Shown here: positions 29,701 through 39,856 of the stretch, in pieces
Layout of the letters: every line of letters begins with the position of its first letter
How positions within the stretch are numbered: the first letter of the stretch is position 1
Source of the DNA: Candidatus Yonathbacteria bacterium RIFOXYD1_FULL_52_36
Lineage (GTDB): Bacteria > Patescibacteriota > Minisyncoccia > Phycocordibacterales > UBA1539_B
Reading direction: 5' to 3'
Assembly (NCBI GenBank): GCA_001823605.1
Contig: MHUZ01000034.1
Location: forward strand, 38,589 to 102,588
DNA: 64,000 bases
The notes under the pieces: model-generated
Seen by the model: the letters and a program-made list of their open reading frames with translations, nothing else
Database searches by the model: none
What the model was told of the DNA's origin: nothing
Position numbers and translations under genes: made by a program

Positions 29701-31139
29701 CTGAGAGCCAGAAACCAAACAGGAAGTACCGGGGTCGTTGCGAGTGCGAACGGAAACGAACCAAACCATTCCGCCATACGGAACACATACGCGGAGAGTG
29801 CTTGTGCGAACATACCAAATGGAAACGCCAGAGCAGGAGTAATGAATCCGAGGACCCCTGCAACAAACCCCACGCCCATAATGATCGGTACTACGGGCAA
29901 CACGAGGATGTTCGTGGCGAGGCCAACCACGCTCGCATTGCCGATTGAGAATAGGAGGAGCGGGAGCACAAACACTTCTGCGGCGATCGTCCCCGCGATG
30001 ATCGTGCGTAGTCCAAACGTTTGAGGAACCCGTCCAAGTATTCGTTCAACATGCGGCGCAAACACAATGAGTCCGAGCGTCGCCATAAATGATAACTGAA
30101 ATGAAAGATCGTAAAGAAGAATATGCGGCCGATGTAAAACCATCGCCACGCCGGCGATCACGAGCCCTCGCAAAAGATCATTTGGTCGTCCGAGCGCACG
30201 CGCCAGAACCACCAAAAGCGCCATGATACTCGCGCGTACGACCGTGGACCCTGCACCGGCAAGCAGGGCGAAGAGTACAATGCTCACACTACCGGCGGCA
30301 AACGAAACTGCGCGCGGCAAAAACGCCGTCATGCGCATGAGCGCTTCAGCAACAATGGTGATGTTGTAACCCGAAAGGACGATGATGTGCACGATCCCCG
30401 CATTACGCAGGAGCTCAAGCAGGCGCTCTCCGAGCGATTGCTTCGCACCCAAGAGCATTCCTGCGACCAACGAGGATTCCGGCTCTTCAATACTACGCCC
30501 CAGCGATCCTATGAATGCACCTTTAAGGTCATACAGTGAGCGCTTGAGAGCACTCCCTCCTTCGCCGTCTTCTTGGGTCACGCGGGGAAATGCAATTTCG
30601 TATCCAATGCTGTCCTTTGCAAGGAATCGCTCGTAGTTGAACACACGCCCATCATCACCTTTAAATGATTCGGGGATTTTCAAAATTCCTTCCGCACGAA
30701 TACGATCGCCGTAGGAAAATGCGGGGTACGTCGACACTGAAATGCGCACCCGAATATCTGTTTCGGTATCTGCGACGCGTTCAGCACGAATTACCAAAAA
30801 TGTTTTTGCATCACGTTCATCGGGCTCATCAGCAACAAAACCCTGCACCGCCACGCGCGTGCCGATGAACGACTCAAGGGACACATCACGAAGCGTTCGC
30901 TCTTCATACTCGTATCGAACCGCACCCGCCATTCCGGCAACAAGAGCCCCTGAAACAAGAATGAGTGATATCGATCGTCGCGGTACCGCAAACACAAGCG
31001 CAAGCGCTGCCGCTACGGCAAGCACTTTCAAGAGAACCATTCCGCCTAAAAGCGTCTGCACAAGCACGCCACCAATGAACCCTGCGCAAAGTAGTGCGAG
31101 GATCCGATCGCGCATACCTACGCGTTCCGTGCACCCCAC
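29613..31139 (-). CDS. comEC: ComEC/Rec2 DNA-uptake channel (DUF4131 OB-fold plus Competence domain), no fused MBL domain
   Basis: N-terminal TM helices, OB-fold region (RVAVQGFVADEPDER), Competence-domain helices (HIIVLSGYNITIV). 508 aa. Confidence 0.8.
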   Translation of the reverse strand: MGCTERVGMRDRILALLCAGFIGGVLVQTLLGGMVLLKVLAVAAALALVFAVPRRSISLILVSGALVAGMAGAVRYEYEERTLRDVSLESFIGTRVAVQGFVADEPDERDAKTFLVIRAERVADTETDIRVRISVSTYPAFSYGDRIRAEGILKIPESFKGDDGRVFNYERFLAKDSIGYEIAFPRVTQEDGEGGSALKRSLYDLKGAFIGSLGRSIEEPESSLVAGMLLGAKQSLGERLLELLRNAGIVHIIVLSGYNITIVAEALMRMTAFLPRAVSFAAGSVSIVLFALLAGAGSTVVRASIMALLVVLARALGRPNDLLRGLVIAGVAMVLHRPHILLYDLSFQLSFMATLGLIVFAPHVERILGRVPQTFGLRTIIAGTIAAEVFVLPLLLFSIGNASVVGLATNILVLPVVPIIMGVGFVAGVLGFITPALAFPFGMFAQALSAYVFRMAEWFGSFPFALATTPVLPVWFLALSYGALGVLVWRLSPSSSAVSSRSTSLLFK

Positions 31140-31837
31140 GCTTGGGCGATCGCACGCTCGTCATCAGCAGAAAATGCTTTTTTGAATCTCGCCCCTTTCA
31201 CTCCTTTCACTCGCTTCTCGCATTCCGCCCAACTGGTGTGACGCATAAAATGTCCATCAACAAAACTTACGTATGAAAATGCTTTGGCACGGGAACGTTC
31301 GCGCGTAGCCGAACGTGCTTTCTGTTTTTCCTCATCGTACGAAACATTCAAAATATCCGGTGAATACTTTTCAAGTGACCCATGATATAGGTTCGGAATA
31401 TCGTCATCAGCAAATGCGGTCGCAATCTCATCGGCACGTTCATTCCCCGGAAGACCCGCGTGCCCCGAAATGCGGTTCCACGTGATCGAGAGCGGTGTGG
31501 CAACTTCATCGAGGCGTTCCCAGAGATCTCGATTTTCCACCGGCGTCTTTGTGCTCGTGATCCAATTGTTGCGCTTCCATCCTTTCACCCATTTCGTGAT
31601 GCCATTCACCACATAGCTTGAATCCACGTACATAATGACGGGCTTACTCTTTCCCTTCACATGCGCGAGCGCTTCAATGGCTGCCAAGAGCTCCATCTTG
31701 TTGTTCGTCGTGTGTTTATCCCCGCCGCCAAGCTCGGTGACCGTTTCACCATCCACCACAATAGACCCCCACCCGCCAGGCCCGGGATTCCCGCGCGAAC
31801 TGCCGTCGGTGAAAATAACAATAGAGGTATCGCTCAT
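31118..31837 (-). CDS. rnhA: ribonuclease HI with a C-terminal hybrid-binding (RNase_H1_N/Cauli_VI-like) domain
   Basis: N-terminal RNase H catalytic core (IVIFTDGSSRGNPGPGGWG...TNNKMELLAAIEAL...ISGHAGLPGNERADEIA). C-terminal FSYVSFVDGHFMRHTSWAECEKRVKGVKGARFKKAFSADDERAIAQAW. Confidence 0.8.
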   Translation of the reverse strand: MSDTSIVIFTDGSSRGNPGPGGWGSIVVDGETVTELGGGDKHTTNNKMELLAAIEALAHVKGKSKPVIMYVDSSYVVNGITKWVKGWKRNNWITSTKTPVENRDLWERLDEVATPLSITWNRISGHAGLPGNERADEIATAFADDDIPNLYHGSLEKYSPDILNVSYDEEKQKARSATRERSRAKAFSYVSFVDGHFMRHTSWAECEKRVKGVKGARFKKAFSADDERAIAQAWGARNA

Positions 31838-31902
31838 ATAGCAATCAATATACCACGCGCAAAAGAAAACCCGCGGCAAGCCGCGGGGGAAACCATAAGA
31901 TT

Positions 31903-32589
31903 TCATTGTAAATTCGATACGGTGTCCTGAATTAAGTATCGTTCAATGACCACGCGTTCAGAGGTAGTGAATAGATCACCCTGTTTCTCTAAAAGAGACC
32001 TGCTGAGGTTTACGAGCGCCACGCCTTTCACGTTGTGGATACTTAATCTATCGTATCCGGACCCTGACCATTCGCCGTTGCAGATCTTCTTGAAGAGGAT
32101 CGCACGGATGTTGGTCCCTGAAATTGCGATACCAAGTGCGTCCATCACCCCGCTTCGATCATAGCGATCGTACATGCTGTTAGGGATGGGATCATCGTGC
32201 CAGGTTGCCCCCGGGTACCACGAACTGGGATCGAAGTAATCGCGATAGTTATATATCAACCCAGGAACTTCGACCTGAAACAGTTCCGCATGTTCCAGGG
32301 ACGTCGCATGCCCTATCCATATCCGCCACGAAGGGTCAAAGAAGATCGTTTTATCCTTCCACAATCCAAATCGTGATTCCACCGTTCTGTCGAAGGTGAG
32401 TCCGACGCATGACTCGAACCCTGTCGGCAATTTTTTTGTTTCCAAAATGCCGTGCAGGGTGGCTTCGAATCGTACCGGATCTACCGGATCACCCGGTTGT
32501 GTTAGCGTGCACCGGATCCATGCCCGCCCAAGGCCTCGGAGCATCTGTTCCGCCTTAGCCCGACCATTTGCTGTTGCGATCTCGTTCAT
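31903..32589 (-). CDS. hypothetical protein (228 aa)
   Basis: Intact ORF, Trp/Asp-rich. No family recognised. Confidence 0.5.
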   Translation of the reverse strand: MNEIATANGRAKAEQMLRGLGRAWIRCTLTQPGDPVDPVRFEATLHGILETKKLPTGFESCVGLTFDRTVESRFGLWKDKTIFFDPSWRIWIGHATSLEHAELFQVEVPGLIYNYRDYFDPSSWYPGATWHDDPIPNSMYDRYDRSGVMDALGIAISGTNIRAILFKKICNGEWSGSGYDRLSIHNVKGVALVNLSRSLLEKQGDLFTTSERVVIERYLIQDTVSNLQ

Positions 32590-32658
32590 GCCACAACCTC
32601 CCCTATAAAGTCTCTGGGCATTATACAGAGATACTGATAGGACGCAATCAAAACCCCG

Positions 32659-32997
32659 CTATGAAGCGGGGCAATAGAGGTGCTGTATTGAAAGAACGGA
32701 GCGCCGGTGAATGTGTTCTAAAATCCCCCAACGATCTGGAACGGGGATCGAGTATATGAACCACCCGAGCCGTGGTGCAATAAGAATAGTTCTTCCATGA
32801 AGAATGGTGCCATCTTTGTGCGTAAATACACCCAGTTCGAACTGGTCACCAAGATCAGCAACCCACTCCACTTTTACAAACCACGAATGAGTCGGATCAT
32901 CGCAAAACAATATTTTAAGGATACTTCCTGGGCAACACGAGCCTAGCGTGTTCATTGCACGATTAAATTCTGGGTTTACTTGCCTTTTCTTGAGCAT
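32659..32997 (-). CDS. hypothetical protein (112 aa) whose stop codon lies in the loop of its own terminator hairpin
   Basis: ORF ends inside AAAACCCCGCT-ATGA-AGCGGGG (32650-32676). Confidence 0.35.
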   Translation of the reverse strand: MLKKRQVNPEFNRAMNTLGSCCPGSILKILFCDDPTHSWFVKVEWVADLGDQFELGVFTHKDGTILHGRTILIAPRLGWFIYSIPVPDRWGILEHIHRRSVLSIQHLYCPAS

Positions 32998-33085
32998 TCG
33001 GAACCCTCCTCACCATAATCATTTCCATCTCTGCCCTCGTTGTACTATCGTTCAAAAAGCATGTCAATACAGTGAACTGGCCTCC

Positions 33086-34771
33086 TTACATTACGTCCAT
33101 GATGCGCAGCCGCAATTCCGGTCGGCCGCGGAACATCGACTTCTCAAGTGTTGCGTAGAGATCTATCCGTGCACCCGCCACCGGTTTTACTTTGAACGAT
33201 TCATCGGTCGCAAAAAATCCGATCGCAGAAACTTTTTGTCCACGACCGTTACGAAATGAGAGCTCGAGGTGATTTTTTTCTTTCCCGAACATGCGCACCT
33301 CAAACACCTCAATGCCTTTGAGTACAAATATTGGTTTAGGATTCTCTACACCGAATGGTGCGAGTTTTTCAACGACATCCCACGTCTTCCATGCCACATC
33401 ATCAATCGTCAGTTCTGCATCCGCAATGATCGCACGATCATCTGCCGTCTTTTTTTCGAGCCGTTCATACGCTTCCAGGATCGCATCTTCCAAAAAATGT
33501 ACGTTCTCGTGTGATACCGAGAATCCGCCCGAGTATTCGTGCCCTCCAACATTCAAGAAAAATCCTTCGCGCACCGAGGTCATGAGCTTCACCACATTGA
33601 TCGATCCGTCAGAACGACATGAGCCCTTGATGTGCTCGCTCTCTGCTCGTCCCCACACGAATGCCGGACGCCCATAATCTTCCATGAGCTTGTTCGCGGC
33701 GAGCCCCAAGACGCCTGGACGCCACAGGGGATTTCCTACCACGATCACCTTGCGGAGTTCGCGCATTTCAAGATTGTGTCGCGCCTCCTTGATCATAGTG
33801 GCCACGATTCCCTTACGCGTATCATTAAGGCTGTTTAGATGATTCGCCAGATGCTCAGCGCGCGCAGGATCAGTGGTTGAGAGCAGCTCAAACGCCTCGA
33901 ACGGAGTGCTCATGCGCGATGCAGCATTGATACGCGGTGCGATCATGAATCCCACATCGTCTTCAGCAAGATATGCCTGAGAAACACCTGCTTTCTGTAA
34001 AAGTATTTTGAGCCCGGGGCGCTTGCTCTTACGAAGCACCTTCAGTCCAAAGTATGCAAGTGCACGATTCTCTTTTTTGAGCGGCACCATGTCTGCAATA
34101 GTGGAAAGTCCCGCCATGTCCAAAAGCCATTTCTCAAACCCTTCCGGAATTTTTGCACGAAGTTCCGCTGGTGCACGGGCAATGAGTGCCTGCGAAAGTT
34201 TCCATGCAACACCCGCGCCGCAGAGCATGTTGTCGGGATATGTGTCACCTTCTTGTTTTGAATTAAGGATCGTATACGCGGGCGGAAGCACTTCTTGTGG
34301 TAAGTGGTGGTCCGTCACAATGACATCGACCCCGAGCTCCTGCGCACGGGTTACTGACACCACGTCCGCAATACCGCAATCAACCGTGATGATGAGCTTC
34401 ACGCCCTCGTCGGCAAATTTCTCAACTGCGTTCAAGTTGAGGCCATACCCTTCCTCGTGACGATGCGGAATATAGTTCTTGAAGTGCGGATATTCGAATT
34501 TTTTTAGCATATCGTGGAGCACGACCGAGCCAGGGATGCCATCGCAATCGTAGTCCCCATAGACAACAATGCTTTCATTGCGCTCCATTGCGGAAAAAAT
34601 ACGCTCCACCGCACGCTCCATATTAAGGATCCCGAACGGATCGCCAATGTCGCGCTCATAGGAAGGGTTCAAAAACACTTCGGCTTCTGCTGTATTAGTG
34701 ATTCCCCGCTTGCGAAGAAGCGTCGCGAGAAGTGGCGGATATCCCGCGAGATCGTCAGTCATGGAGCGCAT
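33086..34771 (-). CDS. recJ: single-stranded-DNA-specific exonuclease RecJ
   Basis: DHH motifs (VVYGDYDCDGIPGS, DHH) and DHHA1 domain. Start ambiguous: 34771, 34762 or 34804. Confidence 0.85.
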   Translation of the reverse strand: MRSMTDDLAGYPPLLATLLRKRGITNTAEAEVFLNPSYERDIGDPFGILNMERAVERIFSAMERNESIVVYGDYDCDGIPGSVVLHDMLKKFEYPHFKNYIPHRHEEGYGLNLNAVEKFADEGVKLIITVDCGIADVVSVTRAQELGVDVIVTDHHLPQEVLPPAYTILNSKQEGDTYPDNMLCGAGVAWKLSQALIARAPAELRAKIPEGFEKWLLDMAGLSTIADMVPLKKENRALAYFGLKVLRKSKRPGLKILLQKAGVSQAYLAEDDVGFMIAPRINAASRMSTPFEAFELLSTTDPARAEHLANHLNSLNDTRKGIVATMIKEARHNLEMRELRKVIVVGNPLWRPGVLGLAANKLMEDYGRPAFVWGRAESEHIKGSCRSDGSINVVKLMTSVREGFFLNVGGHEYSGGFSVSHENVHFLEDAILEAYERLEKKTADDRAIIADAELTIDDVAWKTWDVVEKLAPFGVENPKPIFVLKGIEVFEVRMFGKEKNHLELSFRNGRGQKVSAIGFFATDESFKVKPVAGARIDLYATLEKSMFRGRPELRLRIMDVM

Positions 34772-34802
34772 TGTAGCACATACCACATGGTATACTTTTC
34801 CC

Positions 34803-35219
34803 ATGCATAACGATTGCTTATTTTGCAAGATAATCGCGGGAGAGATCCCCTCCACAAAAGTGTACGATGACGAGCACGTACTCGTATTTCTTGATATTCA
34901 CCCCGTGAACATCGGGCACACACTCGTAATCCCAAAAACACATCACACAAACCTCTATGAAACGCCTGATGAAATACTTGCGCATCTCGCCATCATCGTC
35001 AAAAAACTTTCAATCGCAGTCAAAGAGGCAGTCAGTGCTGACGGCATCAACATTGAAATGAACAACGACCCCGTTGCAGGGCAGATCATCTTTCATGCGC
35101 ACATCCACATCGTTCCGCGCTTCGCAGGCGACGGCTTCACTCACTGGCAAGGCGCACGGGATTATGCAGAAGGTGAGTCCGAAACTATTGCAAAAAAAAT
35201 ACACGCACGTCTCAAGTAA
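34803..35219 (+). CDS. HIT-family (histidine triad) hydrolase
   Basis: MHNDCLFCKIIAGEIP...HAHIHIVPR triad. Confidence 0.85.
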   Translation: MHNDCLFCKIIAGEIPSTKVYDDEHVLVFLDIHPVNIGHTLVIPKTHHTNLYETPDEILAHLAIIVKKLSIAVKEAVSADGINIEMNNDPVAGQIIFHAHIHIVPRFAGDGFTHWQGARDYAEGESETIAKKIHARLK

Positions 35220-35222
35220 TCA

Positions 35223-35432
35223 CTACGGTAACTGGTCCATTACTGCATTCTCTTCTGCGGCGCGGGAATCAAGGATCATTTTGATCTCTTTGCTCTGCTC
35301 AACCCCTTCGATTCCCTGTTCAAGTCGACCATTCTCTTTTGTCTCTTCTTTTAAATAAAGCCCAATAAGCAACAGGGTGATGGCAAGTGCAACAAGAGAC
35401 CCAGCGCCAACTGTTTTGAATTGCGTTCCCAT
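35223..35432 (-). CDS. small membrane protein, hypothetical
   Basis: 69 aa with one TM helix. Immediately upstream of pgk. Confidence 0.35.
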   Translation of the reverse strand: MGTQFKTVGAGSLVALAITLLLIGLYLKEETKENGRLEQGIEGVEQSKEIKMILDSRAAEENAVMDQLP

Positions 35433-35440
35433 ACCTATCT

Positions 35441-36583
35441 TTATTTGCGTGTGCGTTTTTTTATGATCGCATCGATGCCGGGAAGTTTTCCGTCGGCCAA
35501 ATAATCAAGCATTGCCCCGCCGCCTGTTGAAACAAACGTGAACGATCCTTCGAGTTTTAGTTTTTCAATGAGCGCGATCGTATCGCCACCACCCAAAATG
35601 GTCTTCCCGCGCGCCTTGGCAAGAATTTTCAACAGCGTATCCGTACCCTCTTCAAATCCTTCTTCGTAATTTCCCAAGGGGCCATTCCAAACCACAAGTT
35701 TTGCCTTGCGGATCACCTCTTCTAGTGCGCGGAGCGTTGCCGGACCTGCGTCGAGGATCCTATCGCCTTTCTCTATATGGTCAGCGCGCCGTACCGCACG
35801 ATTCTGTGTTTTATCAAGCACTACCACATCCACCGGAAGCACCACGTTCTTTTTCTTGAAAAGCGGACGGAGGCCGAATGTTCCTTTCTCCACGAATGAC
35901 TTCCCGATCTGCATTCCTTCCTCTTTGAAAAAATTGTTCGCCAGTGCGCCGCCAACGAACACCGTGTCCGCAAGTCGCGTAAACTTTTTCATGAGGGGCA
36001 TCTTGGTCGAAACCTTGGCGCCACCGGTCACAAACACGAACGGGTGGGCTGGCTTGAGTGCCATTGAGAGATGTTTTAATTCATCAAGAAACAAAAAGCC
36101 GAACGCGGAAGGCAGAAGCTTGGGAAGCCCCACGATCGACGCGTGTTCGCGGTGCGACGCAGAGAATGCATCGTTTATGTAGTAGTCACCGAATGAAGCA
36201 AGAAGCTCTGCGAGCGCGGGATCGTTCTTTTCTTCGCGTGCATCTATCCGCAAGTTCTCGAACACCACCACGCTCCCTTCTTTCATGTGCGCCACCACAT
36301 CACGTGCTTCTTGGGTACGAAAATCAGGAACGAACCCAATATCAAACTCTCGCTTTAGGTACGCAACCACGGGGCGCAGACTTGATTCTTTCCCTTTGCC
36401 GATATGGCTCAACACGATCACCTTCGCTTTTTTCTTGCGCAAATATTCGATGGTCGGAAGTGAACGGCGGATGCGGTAATCTTCAACAAGCGCATTGCCT
36501 TCCATGGGCACATTCCAATCAGCGCGCACGATCACGCGCTTGCCTTTCAGATCCTTAAGGTCTCGTGGTGAGGGGAAATTCAT
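35441..36583 (-). CDS. pgk: phosphoglycerate kinase
   Basis: RADWNVP, GGGA hinge motifs. 380 aa. Confidence 0.9.
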   Translation of the reverse strand: MNFPSPRDLKDLKGKRVIVRADWNVPMEGNALVEDYRIRRSLPTIEYLRKKKAKVIVLSHIGKGKESSLRPVVAYLKREFDIGFVPDFRTQEARDVVAHMKEGSVVVFENLRIDAREEKNDPALAELLASFGDYYINDAFSASHREHASIVGLPKLLPSAFGFLFLDELKHLSMALKPAHPFVFVTGGAKVSTKMPLMKKFTRLADTVFVGGALANNFFKEEGMQIGKSFVEKGTFGLRPLFKKKNVVLPVDVVVLDKTQNRAVRRADHIEKGDRILDAGPATLRALEEVIRKAKLVVWNGPLGNYEEGFEEGTDTLLKILAKARGKTILGGGDTIALIEKLKLEGSFTFVSTGGGAMLDYLADGKLPGIDAIIKKRTRK

Positions 36584-36594
36584 AGTGTAAAAAC

Positions 36595-37356
36595 TTATAT
36601 GCCGGTATTGGCTGTGCGCACGATCCCACCGAACGTCTTCGCCGAAAGGCTTGCGCGGCCAACGAGGAGTCCGTCCATTCCTGCATCAAACAAAAAATCT
36701 TTCGCGTTCTTCTCGTCAACAGAACCGCCGTAGAGGATCGGTATCGATTCTGCAACAGGACGGGTGAACAGGTGCGCCAATGTGCGACGGATCACGATCG
36801 CCATTTCGAGGCCTTCTTCTTTGGTGGCGGAACGTTTCGCCTGCTTGCCGATCGCCCAGATCGGCTCATACGCCACCACCACGTGCGAAGCATCAACACG
36901 CGGGAGTCCTTTGAGCGCTGCGGTAAGTTGTGCGGTTACGAACGAAATATGCTCGCCCTCGCCGGCGCGTTCACGTTCTCCGACACAAAGGATCGGGATA
37001 AGCTTTGCGGCAAGTGCGGCCTTTACCTTGCGGGCGATGTCTTCGTCGGACTCACCCCGCGCGCGGCGTTCGGAGTGTCCGACGATCACCATTTTTGCTC
37101 CGCTGTTTGCAATCATCGCGCCCGACGCCTCCCCGGTAAATGCGCCCTCCTTTTCCCAAAAAAGATCTTGAGCGCCCAGCGAAACTTTTTTTTCTTTGAG
37201 CGCCGCGAGCGGGTTCAGATACATATCCGGCGCACACACCGCAACAGAGGCTTTTGTAATAGTACGCGCTTCACGTACCACATCTTTAAAAAGTTTTACC
37301 GCGTCCCGCGTCGTCTGCGGGTTCATCTTCCAGTTACCGACGATCAGTTTTTTCAT
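36595..37356 (-). CDS. tpiA: triosephosphate isomerase
   Basis: GNWKMN...AYEPIWAIG...GGS. Confidence 0.9.
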   Translation of the reverse strand: MKKLIVGNWKMNPQTTRDAVKLFKDVVREARTITKASVAVCAPDMYLNPLAALKEKKVSLGAQDLFWEKEGAFTGEASGAMIANSGAKMVIVGHSERRARGESDEDIARKVKAALAAKLIPILCVGERERAGEGEHISFVTAQLTAALKGLPRVDASHVVVAYEPIWAIGKQAKRSATKEEGLEMAIVIRRTLAHLFTRPVAESIPILYGGSVDEKNAKDFLFDAGMDGLLVGRASLSAKTFGGIVRTANTGI

Positions 37357-37508
37357 GGTTCTATCTTACCACAGAGGCATACGGGTGGGCATTTTTGCGT
37401 GATATGCGCGAAGCCGTCGAGTACCGAACCGAGGCATACTGAAGCGGTATGGTGAGGGAGGAACGGAGACGGCGACAAAGCAGATCGCCAAAAATGCCCG
37501 CCCCTATA

Positions 37509-39332
37509 TTATTCGACTTCTTTCCATGAGGAAACATTCCACCCCCCGCCCGGCCCCGAAGAAAAGGTCGTATCCGCAACGCCTTGCTCGTAGGTAATGA
37601 CCGCATTGTTTGAAATATTGAGTTTATACCCCACCACCGCTTTCATGTCCGCGTTGTTCGCAACATTGATCATTGAGTCGGTCGTATAGAAAACGGCACC
37701 GGTAAGGTTGTTGCCGAGGTTGATGCCTGAATATCCGGATGCGCACCCTGAGGCAGTCGTTCCGTTACACCCCTCTTTGGTGGACACCGCGAGAAGATAG
37801 CTCCCCGTCTGCCCTGATCCGGCAAATGTCGCGTTGTTGTTGCCATCAATGTATCCATCGGCGAGGAGTACGCAACTATCAGCGCCAAACGTCACATCGC
37901 AGCGAATAGTTGATCCGTTCTCTACGGTAATGTTCCCCTGCACATACACCACCCCCGTGAGATTCATGGTCTCTCCGTTCGTGACCGAAAGATTCCCCGT
38001 GATACGCGCAGGGCCGATCGAGATCGTCCCACCACCGGAACATCCCGCAACGCCGCCCGTATCACCACAGTTACCACTGTACGTTACGCCTGCTGTAGCA
38101 TCAGTTTTCCATTGTTCAATGTTGCCGTCTGAGAGCGGCATATTGAGCGGCGAGGGATCTGCCTGTGATGTGTTGCACGCTTTATTATTGCTTGATCCGC
38201 TCTGACAGTAGAGTGAGCCAGTGATCGTGCTATTGGTAACGGTGTTCGCACGCGCTGCGGCACCAATATCAACATTGTTGATGATCCCCGGACCTCCTCC
38301 TAGGTATGTCTTGAAAGCGAAATCCCCCGTGATTGCCGCAGACCATGCGCTGCCACTACTCCAGCTCGCGCGGTACTTGCCCACACCATTACCGAATCCG
38401 TTATTGCTGTCCTTGCACCAGATAAAATAATTTGTGGTATTAGCACCATCGTCATCGAGAATGATCCAATAGGTATTTCCACCAACAAGACTTGCGGGCG
38501 AAGAGAACGTAACATCAACCCAGCCGTAGGTGGTGGTTATCAAACTTGTCTGAAGCGTAGCGCTTGCGAGTGTCGTTGTGTTGGGTACACCACTTCCATT
38601 ATCTGCGACGACACGGATCGTCTGGTTCCCCGGACTGCCAGTCTTTTTTATATACAAACTTACTTTGTACAGCGGCTTGGAATCGGCGGGAGAAAAACTT
38701 TGTGCAAAGTCGATCTCGGGGCTTGTGCGCGCAATGTTTTGATCAAGGTTACACACCGTCGACTGCGCTTGCACATCCTCCTCAACGCTTGTTGCCACCA
38801 CCGCATCGCCAGTCACTTCGGCACCATTCGCGCCCGTGATCGGCCCGTTCGAGTATACGTTTCCTACCGCGCCGCCAGTCCCCTCAATACTTGAATTTCC
38901 CCCCATGACAATCCCTCCATCACCCACCTGCGCCCCATAGGCAAAGTCAGAACCGACGCCGGCACTGACGACAAGTTTTACGTTGCGATCATTACTGCCC
39001 ACTGCGCCCGATGCCAAGATCTCTTTTTGCGTACCACTCACGGCCGTCACGGCGACCGAAACTGTTCCGCCATTGAGCGCGAGTACTTCCGGGCTCGAAA
39101 GGAGCATCGCTTCCTTGGTGCGATAGTATGCATCTTCGATCCCCGCATCAGAAGTGTAGTAAGAACTCTTTGACTTCATCAACGTCTGCGCATTTTTGAG
39201 ATCACGTACCACCGGCGACATTGAGCCCAAAACGATCGCGATCGATACGATCAAGAAAAACAGGACAGTGATCGTGAGCGCCGCACCACGTGTGTACACC
39301 ATTCTTTTCTGTTGTTGTTTTGATAGGGTCAT
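37509..39332 (-). CDS. large pilus-associated protein (PilX/PilY-like candidate tip or minor subunit) with N-terminal TM anchor and Gly/Asn/Thr-rich extracellular domain
   Basis: 607 aa, N-terminal hydrophobic helix. Last gene of the type IV pilus cluster. Confidence 0.5.
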   Translation of the reverse strand: MTLSKQQQKRMVYTRGAALTITVLFFLIVSIAIVLGSMSPVVRDLKNAQTLMKSKSSYYTSDAGIEDAYYRTKEAMLLSSPEVLALNGGTVSVAVTAVSGTQKEILASGAVGSNDRNVKLVVSAGVGSDFAYGAQVGDGGIVMGGNSSIEGTGGAVGNVYSNGPITGANGAEVTGDAVVATSVEEDVQAQSTVCNLDQNIARTSPEIDFAQSFSPADSKPLYKVSLYIKKTGSPGNQTIRVVADNGSGVPNTTTLASATLQTSLITTTYGWVDVTFSSPASLVGGNTYWIILDDDGANTTNYFIWCKDSNNGFGNGVGKYRASWSSGSAWSAAITGDFAFKTYLGGGPGIINNVDIGAAARANTVTNSTITGSLYCQSGSSNNKACNTSQADPSPLNMPLSDGNIEQWKTDATAGVTYSGNCGDTGGVAGCSGGGTISIGPARITGNLSVTNGETMNLTGVVYVQGNITVENGSTIRCDVTFGADSCVLLADGYIDGNNNATFAGSGQTGSYLLAVSTKEGCNGTTASGCASGYSGINLGNNLTGAVFYTTDSMINVANNADMKAVVGYKLNISNNAVITYEQGVADTTFSSGPGGGWNVSSWKEVE

Positions 39333-39336
39333 ACTA

Positions 39337-39855
39337 CTAGTAGGAACCGCGAAGCACGATCGTCGTGTAAAAATTCCTTGTCTTGCTTAAGTCCCCACGC
39401 GTGGCCGTGATCGTTGCCTCAACCTTCACCGCTTCGGTGCTGGCATTGGTGAGCTGCCGCACAATAAAAGAATCGATTGTTGTATTCGAACTCATGATGG
39501 ATCCTTGCGCTACACCGTTTTCGCGGATCTTTACCAAGCTATTCTCGACATAAAACTCGACCGTGGTAGCCGAACCACCCGAGTCGGTCGTGTTGAGCGT
39601 GAGGCGTCCCGGATGCGACCCAAGCGTGCTCTGTGCCGTATCCACGCTGTTTGCACTACGCATATCGCGTGACATGCGCTCCAAAAGTGCTGTTGCGGAA
39701 CTGTTGAGATCACGCGAGACGCGCAGATCGGCAAATGCGCGCGTCATCGAGAGCGTTGACTGTATCGCGAGCACCGTAATGACGGTGAGGAGTGCTATGT
39801 ACACGACCAGTTCAACCATGGTGAATCCTTGCAGTGTCCCGGTTGTGCGTTTCAT
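39337..39855 (-). CDS. type IV minor pilin (prepilin-type N-terminal cleavage/methylation domain)
   Basis: GFTMVELVVYIALLTVITVLAI class III signal. Confidence 0.7.
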   Translation of the reverse strand: MKRTTGTLQGFTMVELVVYIALLTVITVLAIQSTLSMTRAFADLRVSRDLNSSATALLERMSRDMRSANSVDTAQSTLGSHPGRLTLNTTDSGGSATTVEFYVENSLVKIRENGVAQGSIMSSNTTIDSFIVRQLTNASTEAVKVEATITATRGDLSKTRNFYTTIVLRGSY

Positions 39856-39856
39856 A

